DNA of 24,830 bases from Bdellovibrionota bacterium (GTDB lineage: Bacteria; Bdellovibrionota_C; UBA2361; JBGSMV01): contig JBGSMV010000066.1 in the NCBI GenBank assembly GCA_041739995.1, positions 1 to 24,830 on the forward strand. The letters are read 5' to 3'. The notes below the pieces were generated by a model. That model made no database searches and was not told the DNA's origin. It saw only the letters and a list, made by a program, of their open reading frames with translations. Made by a program: the position numbers and the translations under genes. Below are positions 17,892 through 24,830 of the stretch, piece by piece. Positions within the stretch are counted from its first letter, which is position 1; every line of letters begins with the position of its first letter.

Positions 17892-18911
17892 TTATGACCT
17901 GGAGGCAGGCAAAGCGGCGAGCGCAGTATTAAATCGAGCAAGTCGCTGGGCCTTGTGCTGTAAGGCGCTCATCGACGGAGCTCTCTCCAGGTCCAGCGCC
18001 GAACCAAGCACTTCCTGACGTTCTGATGAGCTTGGATGGGTTGAGAACCAACCCCCTGCGCCTGATTCAGTACTTTGAAGCACCAAAAACACTCCCTTCA
18101 ATCCTTCAGTGCCAAGGCCTGCTTTCACCAGTAGCATGGTGGCACCTCTGTCGGCCTCAAACTCGAATTCACGACTATAGCCCTTCTCCAGAAGGTTATC
18201 GACGATTTCATCGACGGTGGCGCCAAACACCAAGGCTGCTTGCTGAAGCACCACATTACAGCTCACGGATCCAACCAGAAGCCCGGCAGCTTCAAGAACT
18301 CCTTGCATTCGATCTTGAGAGATTGAGCGAATTCCGTGCTGCTGAGTAACATGACTGATCTCATGAGCGAGCACCGCACTGAGTTCATCCTCGTCAGCGA
18401 TTCCCTCCAGTAATCCGCGACTTACGAAGATAAATCCGCCGGGAGCCGACACTGCATTAAATGAGTCAGTATCGATAACTGCGAAGTGATACCCACCAAA
18501 GGTCTCAGGCTTCTCCGAGAACGAAACTAACGAAAGACCAAGCTTCGTTAGGTAGTCAGTAAGTTCTGGCGACGACACAATTCCGTACTTAGCGATCACC
18601 CGAGCGGCAACGGCTCTTCCAAGGTAATACTCTTCTTCACGTGAAAGGGTGTTAGTTGCCTCAACTATTGCTTCGCTCTGTGCGAATTCCTTAACAGGAG
18701 GAGTGACGCCAAAAAAATCGAGTACTGATTCGCCAAAGCTACTAAAAATGTTGCCGTCGCCATCTGATGTGGCTGAAGAAGCATCCGACACAGCCTCCGA
18801 TCCAGATTGTTGAGGTGCTGTTTGCTCTCCTCCTGAGTTGAATAAGGCACAACCATTAAGACCAACGGAGGCCACCAGGCATCCAAACCAACGCACCGCA
18901 ACACGCCTCAT
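17892..18911 (-). CDS. M48-family zinc metallopeptidase lipoprotein
   Basis: Lipobox LNGC, NAVSAPGG, VLAHEISH (HExxH), YSREFEFEAD and FSTHP. Confidence 0.9.
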   Translation of the reverse strand: MRRVAVRWFGCLVASVGLNGCALFNSGGEQTAPQQSGSEAVSDASSATSDGDGNIFSSFGESVLDFFGVTPPVKEFAQSEAIVEATNTLSREEEYYLGRAVAARVIAKYGIVSSPELTDYLTKLGLSLVSFSEKPETFGGYHFAVIDTDSFNAVSAPGGFIFVSRGLLEGIADEDELSAVLAHEISHVTQQHGIRSISQDRMQGVLEAAGLLVGSVSCNVVLQQAALVFGATVDEIVDNLLEKGYSREFEFEADRGATMLLVKAGLGTEGLKGVFLVLQSTESGAGGWFSTHPSSSERQEVLGSALDLERAPSMSALQHKAQRLARFNTALAALPASRS

Positions 18912-19720
18912 AGAGTGAAGCCTCCTTCCCGCATAAAGACATCTATGCGTTCTGGTGCAATGCGCACACTCTCGATCGTATCCACGGCTGCAAAGTCAAT
19001 TTCACCGTTCCCGTTAAGATCAGGGCTATCTCGATACAAACTCTCAACGTCGCTACTGAAGCCTCGCCCCGCAAGGACCACTTCCTGCTCGTTGCCACTG
19101 ACGAACTGCTGTGTATCACTCCCGCGTATTACCACCACTCGACTCGTTAGCGCAGTAAGGTGGATGAACCCTTCCTTTCCGCCCGCGGTCTTCACTTTCT
19201 TCCATCCCGCCAAATCAGCAACTTCACTATTGCTGCCGAGCTGTTCGACTGAGGTCACACGAGTTCCGTACTCTAGAGTTTCGAGGGAAGGACTCCAGTG
19301 TTTGGCCTCACGGCGCAAGGCGGCAGAGCGAATCTCCACGAAAAAGACGCCTGCGTTCGAATCAGATTGAACTGGCTGTTTGGATAAACTTGGCTGTTTT
19401 GACAAATCTGCCGACTGTGTCGACACCGGGCTAGCACTGGCTTTCTGTTCAGCGCCCTGAGGACCTGCACCTTGAACTCCGCCCTGTGCGACTGCACTGC
19501 CAGGAAGCGCCAAAGCAATCTGGAGCGCCAAAGCAATCTGAAGCGCCAAAAACACAGTCATCAAAGCGCCTCTACACCTTGTGGGGCGACTAGCCGCAGA
19601 AATACTTTGGAACACTGCCTCTTGGCAGATGGAAATAGCCACAGACATAGCTTTTGAAGGATCTCTAGACATACTTTCGGCCTCAGAGATAGTCTCACAC
19701 GGGTACTGGGATAACAACAA
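18908..19720 (-). CDS. Secreted SH3-domain protein (true start probably downstream, e.g. 19561 or 19672)
   Basis: Bacterial SH3 pattern ALRRE..LEYGTRV..GWKKVKTAGGKEGFIH and LAGRGF motif. ATGA coupling to the M48 gene. Confidence 0.75.
   Translation of the reverse strand: MLLSQYPCETISEAESMSRDPSKAMSVAISICQEAVFQSISAASRPTRCRGALMTVFLALQIALALQIALALPGSAVAQGGVQGAGPQGAEQKASASPVSTQSADLSKQPSLSKQPVQSDSNAGVFFVEIRSAALRREAKHWSPSLETLEYGTRVTSVEQLGSNSEVADLAGWKKVKTAGGKEGFIHLTALTSRVVVIRGSDTQQFVSGNEQEVVLAGRGFSSDVESLYRDSPDLNGNGEIDFAAVDTIESVRIAPERIDVFMREGGFTL
19506..19550. repeat. In-frame 18-bp tandem repeat (2.5 copies) encoding LALQIA
   Basis: AGCGCCAAAGCAATCTGG / AGCGCCAAAGCAATCTGA / AGCGCCAAA. Confidence 0.85.
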
Positions 19721-19776
19721 AGATATGCTATCAAGTCATAGTGGTGGACTCACACGCGAGCCGCTTATGAATGTGA

Positions 19777-20550
19777 ATGCAGATGCCATTGGCTAATAAT
19801 TCTTCCGTTAGAATCGCGACCACGAATCTCCACCAGAACAGGGGGGCACGTTCACGCATTGTGTTCACGCTCGCCATCGCTTGTCTTTCCTTCTTCAGTC
19901 ATTTTGCAGTTCTCGATCAATTTCATTTCCCGCTCGCACCGAATCGTGCAGTTGCCCAGGAAGTTCCCCAAGAAATTCCGGGCGCTGCGGCAGCTTTGTC
20001 GGTGCTTAGGATTGTTGACTGTCAGGGATTCACTCGTGCAGTTCAGCAAGTGGATCCGGGTCAAGTATCCCGAGTCGAAGTTTCCGTGCCGTCCCATCCG
20101 GACACGCCTACCGAAGTACAATTATCGAATGTGGGAAATAACTTCTCACAAGTGGCTATGACCAATAATGGCATGGCTGTGTTTAGCAACGTCCCTCCCG
20201 GAACATTTGAAATCGCCGTGGCAGGAACTGGTGCCGAGCTTGGAGCAATAGCAGTGGGCACTGTCGCATTCGAAGCAGGGGTGACCACTGCGGTCGGCAT
20301 TGCATCAGGCATCGTCGCAGGAGGCGCAGTAACAGGTGCAGTGATTGGGACGACTGAGATTGTTGATTCAGGAGGGTCCAGCGGAAGCTCCCCACCTCCG
20401 GTCCCAACAAGGCCGCCTTCCACCCCAGCGCCTACCCCAGCTCCGCCGGCCGATTGCGCAGTATGTGACCCTGATGCGGAGCCTCCAGCCCTTGATCAGG
20501 AGGACTTCTTCCCTGAAGCGCAGACCCTTAAACTCTCCCCTTCAACCTAG
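19777..20550 (+). CDS. Hypothetical exported/membrane protein (prealbumin-like beta domain, Gly-zipper segment, Pro-rich tail)
   Basis: Hydrophobic N-terminus, TNNGMAVFSNVPPGTFEI beta motif, GxxxG-rich hydrophobic stretch, Pro-rich linker and CxxC. Confidence 0.65.
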   Translation: MQMPLANNSSVRIATTNLHQNRGARSRIVFTLAIACLSFFSHFAVLDQFHFPLAPNRAVAQEVPQEIPGAAAALSVLRIVDCQGFTRAVQQVDPGQVSRVEVSVPSHPDTPTEVQLSNVGNNFSQVAMTNNGMAVFSNVPPGTFEIAVAGTGAELGAIAVGTVAFEAGVTTAVGIASGIVAGGAVTGAVIGTTEIVDSGGSSGSSPPPVPTRPPSTPAPTPAPPADCAVCDPDAEPPALDQEDFFPEAQTLKLSPST

Positions 20551-20621
20551 GTTGGATGGTGAAAGATATAGTGGCACAACGACGTAATAATGGGTGCCCT
20601 GCAAATTTGGAGTTCTAGACT

Positions 20622-21218
20622 ATGATCTTTGGGTTTTCTTATCTTTGGCCTCTCAGATTTATTAGAGGGGGCAGTTCCCGGAGCTTTCTCACACAGCTCC
20701 GACTGTGCAAAAGCAAAGCACCGCATACGATCCCGCCTCCCGGATCGATTACATTGCTCCGCACACACAAGTTGTTTGTTCTGTTTGCTGTCGTTATGGC
20801 AGCAGGCCTGTTGCACACAGATTTCGTACTCGCCCAATCATTTCGGTACATGGATGAAGCCGGGAATCTGCACTGGGTCGATTCGGTTGATGACATTCCA
20901 CGGCGCTATCGAGGGCAAGTTTTAGTACCTACTCCCGTCCCCATTTATCCAAAGGGCTGGAAGCAACCTCGTCTCCAAAAAACAAAGAAACCAAAGCCAA
21001 CAAAAAAACCTCGCCTGAGCTTGCAAGAGAAACAAGCAACTAAGCGTGCACTACAAGTTTCTCCAGCCGCACAGGCAGAACCAAATTCCGGAGAGGCCCC
21101 TAACTCCGCTACGCCACCGAACTCTATTCCAGATCAACAGCGGGCGGCGGTTGAGGGTGAGGTCGCTTTTGATGGTGCAGTAGCCGAATCTTCAATGGTC
21201 ATAGTCACGAGGCCCTGA
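20622..21218 (+). CDS. DUF4124-like secreted protein (start likely near TTG 20754)
   Basis: AQSFRYMDEAGNLHWVDSVDDIPRRYR after a signal-like segment. Confidence 0.7.
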   Translation: MIFGFSYLWPLRFIRGGSSRSFLTQLRLCKSKAPHTIPPPGSITLLRTHKLFVLFAVVMAAGLLHTDFVLAQSFRYMDEAGNLHWVDSVDDIPRRYRGQVLVPTPVPIYPKGWKQPRLQKTKKPKPTKKPRLSLQEKQATKRALQVSPAAQAEPNSGEAPNSATPPNSIPDQQRAAVEGEVAFDGAVAESSMVIVTRP

Positions 21219-21221
21219 GGG

Positions 21222-22433
21222 ATGCTCCGCAATCCACTATTGCTGCTTTGCCTAACCACTTCTTTGTTCAGTTCGATTCTTTTGGGCGCTATTTCTTGGA
21301 TGCCAGAGAGCCCATTGGTAGAGCTCGCTCAAGCAGCCGAAGAATCTGTTCCTACTCCTTTGTTCATCGACTTTGTCCAGTACTGGAGTAGTGCTCGTCT
21401 ATTGTTGGAGGGATCGAACCCTTACGATCCAGCTGCACTTTTCGCGATGCAGAAGGTGCTCATTCCCTCGTTAGATGGGCCAATCTTGCAGTGGACTCCG
21501 CCCACAGTTTTCCTTCTCACAGTCCCGTTTGCCTTACTTCCGTTCGAAATTGCGCAAAAAGCATGGGTGGCTGCGCTTGTCGCTACCTTGGCCTTTTCAC
21601 TGCTCTGGCTCATGAGACTTACCAGTCTGCTCAGCGCCGCGCGTCTCACGCGCTGGCGCATCCTTGGCGCATTGTTACTTTTCTTTCCGCTCTGGGAGTC
21701 GTTGCGCTTTGGACAAATTTCTCCCTTTCTTCTGCTGGGGTTTACACTCTTTCTCGTTAACCGAGATTCGCCGTCGAAATCTTCGCCGTATTCAGAGTTG
21801 AAGGCAGGCATTGCGCTAAGCCTTACCTCGTTCAAACCACACTTACTCTTTCTCGTTTATGCTGCTCTGCTCGTAGAAGCACTGCGCATGCGCTCTCTCC
21901 GACCGATCGCAGGACTGGCTATTGGGACTCTTCTTCTTAGTGCTTTGCCAATGCTAATTAATGGAGCGGTCTGGGCTCAGTACATCGAGGCCTACAGGGC
22001 GTGGCCGTCTTATTTTCAAACTCCAACGCTCGGAAGTTGGATTCAATCAGTCTTTCCGAGTGTACCAACGGTCCGACTTGTGCCGTCTTTGTTGGCGGCA
22101 GTGGTCGTAGGCGTATGGCTATGGTCAAAAACCACAGTACCTCGCTACAATTGGCACTTTCTAGCTTCTCTGACCTGTTTCTCTCTTTGGCTCTCCCCCT
22201 ATGGCTGGTCATTTGACCACGTCTTGATGCTTCCGATTGTATTGTTGCTACTACGTGCTTCGACAACGGGATTTTGGGGTGTACTGCTCATTCATGTTCT
22301 TGCTTTCCCGTGGTCAGGAAAAACTCCGATGGAGAATTTGATGTGGTATCCCGCAACGCTTGGGCTGCTGTCGGTTATTTGTCTCTCGAGAAGAATGGAT
22401 CGAATTAGCGAAACATTAACGAAGCCAGAGTAG
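21222..22433 (+). CDS. GT87 (DUF2029) integral-membrane glycosyltransferase
   Basis: DFVQYWSSARLLLEGSNPYD, WTPP..PFALLP, FGQISP, FKPHL and YGWSFD motifs; multi-TM. Confidence 0.85.
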   Translation: MLRNPLLLLCLTTSLFSSILLGAISWMPESPLVELAQAAEESVPTPLFIDFVQYWSSARLLLEGSNPYDPAALFAMQKVLIPSLDGPILQWTPPTVFLLTVPFALLPFEIAQKAWVAALVATLAFSLLWLMRLTSLLSAARLTRWRILGALLLFFPLWESLRFGQISPFLLLGFTLFLVNRDSPSKSSPYSELKAGIALSLTSFKPHLLFLVYAALLVEALRMRSLRPIAGLAIGTLLLSALPMLINGAVWAQYIEAYRAWPSYFQTPTLGSWIQSVFPSVPTVRLVPSLLAAVVVGVWLWSKTTVPRYNWHFLASLTCFSLWLSPYGWSFDHVLMLPIVLLLLRASTTGFWGVLLIHVLAFPWSGKTPMENLMWYPATLGLLSVICLSRRMDRISETLTKPE

Positions 22434-22435
22434 TG

Positions 22436-22927
22436 CTACTCCGCTAACGTACCAATAATCACCTCTGGTGGCTGCTTACCTTCAACCAAGAACACTGGCT
22501 GAGCAAAGCCCGTCGTAAAGCGCAGCAAGAAGACTACTTTTTGCGCTGCGGCAGGAGTAAGAGTCACCGCTTTTTCAACACGGAAAGCTGCCTCTCGAGG
22601 TGAGCTCAAGTTCCCACTCGGCTGGAGAAGAAAGACAAGGGGATTGTCGGGGGTAAGCTTTATATCCTTGGTGATTGAAAGTTTTACCAGCGCACCTTCT
22701 AGTGCAGCTATGCATGCTTCGCGTCCACCGTCGGCACCGATCTCAAATAACTTCTCATGCCAACTTTCAAATCCCTTGGCCGGCTTCACGTCGCCTGGGG
22801 CGATCCAAACCCCTTCGACCGGGGCCGCAGTCACCACACGCAGTCCTTCGATTCTAGGAGGTGCTGGCGGAGTTAGAGCGTCGATTTTGGGGCTAGGTTC
22901 AGGGGTCGGTTCAGAGTGGGCTTCCAT
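22436..22927 (-). CDS. Hypothetical protein
   Basis: 163-aa ORF filling the gap, convergent with GT87; Pro-rich N-terminus; no motif recognised. Confidence 0.6.
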   Translation of the reverse strand: MEAHSEPTPEPSPKIDALTPPAPPRIEGLRVVTAAPVEGVWIAPGDVKPAKGFESWHEKLFEIGADGGREACIAALEGALVKLSITKDIKLTPDNPLVFLLQPSGNLSSPREAAFRVEKAVTLTPAAAQKVVFLLRFTTGFAQPVFLVEGKQPPEVIIGTLAE

Positions 22928-22933
22928 TGAGCG

Positions 22934-22961
22934 AGGTTAGCGCAAAGGCGAGTGCTAACCT
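22934..22961. promoter_or_regulatory. Inverted repeat (hairpin or operator) just upstream of the 22927 start
   Basis: AGGTTAGCGC-N8-GTGCTAACCT, 9/10 complementary. Confidence 0.4.
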
Positions 22962-23039
22962 AAGAGATCGCAATCGCTGTGCTCGGCCCCCACGAAACTA
23001 CAAAGCGGTTTCAACTCAGTTAATTGGGGCTTGGAAGAA

Positions 23040-23315
23040 CTAGGAACATTTATCGGAGAGTCCTGGGTGACAGGAAACCTGGTACTCGCCGGGGCCACGA
23101 TCAATTAAGTTTGAACCACCTCGAATTCGGTTGAGATGCATCTCCCAGCGTGCTTGAACCTTGTGTTCCTTGGTGTCGTAGATCCAGTCAGTGACCCAAA
23201 GGAATCCGGACACAACCAGTGAGAGAACCAAGACATACATGAATATGCCGGTGGCGCCGTTGCCACTCTCGCCGTTTCTGGACTGTGTATTATTCGCTCT
23301 ACGCATCACACTCAT
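23040..23315 (-). CDS. Small single-TM protein with pilin-like N-terminus
   Basis: NGESGNG|ATGIFMYVLVLSLVVSGFLWV hydrophobic helix after a polar leader; C-terminal Cys pair. Start ATG 23315 or 23306. Confidence 0.6.
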   Translation of the reverse strand: MSVMRRANNTQSRNGESGNGATGIFMYVLVLSLVVSGFLWVTDWIYDTKEHKVQARWEMHLNRIRGGSNLIDRGPGEYQVSCHPGLSDKCS

Positions 23316-23351
23316 TGTTATGGAGCCCTTTCGCTCGGACGACTCCAACGA

Positions 23352-23574
23352 AAAGGAAGGTGCTACCTTTTCGGTGTTTTGATAACATCAACATTAGATA
23401 TTTCAGTGAGTTAGCTACGACGCTTAAGCGAGAAATCCAGTTTGTGCGAAATTCGGCCCACCATTGGTTCTTAAATGATCCAAATTCAGTTCAAAGGAAG
23501 ACCATCTACCTCTAGCAGTGAGGAATATCAACAAGTTACCTGCAAGAAATCTCTGAAAGGTAGCACCTTCCTTT
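23352..23574. repeat. Perfect 19-bp inverted repeats flanking a 185-bp segment
   Basis: AAAGGAAGGTGCTACCTTT (23352-23370) and its exact reverse complement AAAGGTAGCACCTTCCTTT (23556-23574). Confidence 0.9.
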
Positions 23575-23583
23575 CTAGGGAGG

Positions 23584-24024
23584 TTAGCTAGATTCAGTGT
23601 TTGAGGATCCGAGAATTCGCGCATTAGCGATCAAGTCGTCCACCGGCACACCGAAGCCAAGCGCTACGGCATGAAGAGCAGCTACCGTAGCAGATCGCGT
23701 ACCCGCCAGAACCTGCTGCAGGTCCGAAGTGCTAATACGCGAATCCTTGTCTCTCTCTCTCACTCGTCCAGCCAAAATGCTCAAGCTCATACTCGTGGCA
23801 AATGACTCGGCTAGCGCCCGATCCAACTGCGGATGAAGTGCCATGACCGCTTCAGGAGTAACAAGTTCTGCGCGCATCATGCAATCTACTACAGTGCGAA
23901 GCCCGCTAAGCACAGCTTCACCGTGAGCCTCGACTAAGGAGCCGCGGAGATCTGCCAGTGGTAAGCCCGGCGCATACTCGGGACGTTGCCCTTCAGGACT
24001 AGGGGTTCTTGTATCAATGCTCAT
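23584..24024 (-). CDS. Atypical XRE/Cro-C1-like HTH protein (paralog A)
   Basis: AAGGAG SD. MSLSILA..ISTSDLQQVLAGTRSATVAALHAVALGFGVPVDDLI follows the XRE helix pattern. Confidence 0.7.
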   Translation of the reverse strand: MSIDTRTPSPEGQRPEYAPGLPLADLRGSLVEAHGEAVLSGLRTVVDCMMRAELVTPEAVMALHPQLDRALAESFATSMSLSILAGRVRERDKDSRISTSDLQQVLAGTRSATVAALHAVALGFGVPVDDLIANARILGSSNTESS

Positions 24025-24262
24025 CGAAGGCTCCTTGGAACGCTTTGCTAATTGCTCATCAACCTATTATGCCGGCTTTATGAACGGCGTGGCACAATAA
24101 GCCCCATAATCATGATTCCCTAAAATCTGCGGCTTGAATGGAAACTCCTCACACACCCCGCTTACAAGGTTCTGGATTTATGAAGGAAACCTTGTGCTTT
24201 GATACCTTAGATCAGCCACATTTCAACGATATTCGGCGAATAACGAGAGCGGTTCTCCAACA

Positions 24263-24754
24263 TTAGTCTCCGCCCTCAGGCAGCATTCCTTGTACCCGTG
24301 CATCGTAGATAATCTGTTGCACGGGAAGGTTCAAACTGAGTGCGACTGCATTAAGCCCTTCAAGTGTTGCTAATCCAGTACCGGCTATCACCTGCTGCAT
24401 GTCAGTAGACCCGATGCGCGTATGTCCAATCCTTCCTTTATAGTTCCGAGTGAGGATCGCCAAATTCATGCCCCTAGCAGAGGATTCTGCCAGATCCCGA
24501 TCCATTTCTGGATGCAGTGCCATGACCTTGTCAGGGGATACCAAATATTCGTTGAGTAGCTGCTCCATCACCTTACGAAGCCCGCGAACAAAATCCTGGT
24601 CGTAAAGATCAATCAAAAATTTCTGCCCGCCCACACCATTGGACAGCGCCATCTCACGTCGGAGCTCTTCTTGATCGAGTGGTCTATTTGGCTCAGGGGT
24701 CATGGGCGTTAAGTTATCAGAATTTCCTTTCCAATGTTTACGAACTCCTGTCAT
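24263..24754 (-). CDS. Atypical XRE/Cro-C1-like HTH protein (paralog B)
   Basis: GGAGGT SD before ATG 24754. 47/99 identical to paralog A in an ungapped manual alignment. Confidence 0.7.
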   Translation of the reverse strand: MTGVRKHWKGNSDNLTPMTPEPNRPLDQEELRREMALSNGVGGQKFLIDLYDQDFVRGLRKVMEQLLNEYLVSPDKVMALHPEMDRDLAESSARGMNLAILTRNYKGRIGHTRIGSTDMQQVIAGTGLATLEGLNAVALSLNLPVQQIIYDARVQGMLPEGGD

Positions 24755-24830
24755 GTCACCGACACCTCCGCCCAATTTTTGCTTGTGCCGCCCCTAACTA
24801 CATAACAATACAAAGAATATTAGGAATTAT

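Noticed and set aside
23379..23391. FNR box
   Set aside because: The spacer is 3 nt (TTGAT-AAC-ATCAA) and FNR requires 4; kept only as a generic dyad.
23352..23574. Retron msr-msd or IS element interpretation of the inverted repeats
   Set aside because: No reverse transcriptase or transposase in the window and no target-site duplication.

Overview
Gene-dense chromosomal window from a Gram-negative bacterium. Gene style suggests a Bdellovibrionota/Myxococcota-type 'deltaproteobacterium'; this is inference only. The left part (minus strand) holds an LPG-synthase-TM/flippase-like gene, a nucleoside phosphorylase, a stand-alone flgE with a sigma-54-like promoter and a structured ~210-nt leader, a Ser/Thr kinase-receiver fusion, and a Tad pseudopilin trio. 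The trio is TadE, a giant TadE with a Thr/Pro stalk and Cys-rich tip, and a VWA-containing TadG. It is followed by a structured leader and a 56-aa secreted-type ORF missed by the ORF track. The middle holds DsbA, cyclophilin, cupin, a possible ADP-ribosyltransferase-fold orphan, a CxxCH/TPR cytochrome, a phosphofructokinase with atypical motifs, and SH3-M48-OsmC-CheY-RidA. The right part holds secreted hypotheticals, a DUF4124-like protein and a GT87 glycosyltransferase. It ends with a module made of a pilin-like small gene, a 185-bp segment flanked by perfect 19-bp inverted repeats, and two paralogous atypical XRE-HTH genes, which is a candidate invertible switch or operator pair. No rRNA, tRNA, CRISPR array, transposase or integrase was recognised. 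All calls come from reading motifs by eye; no database searches were run.
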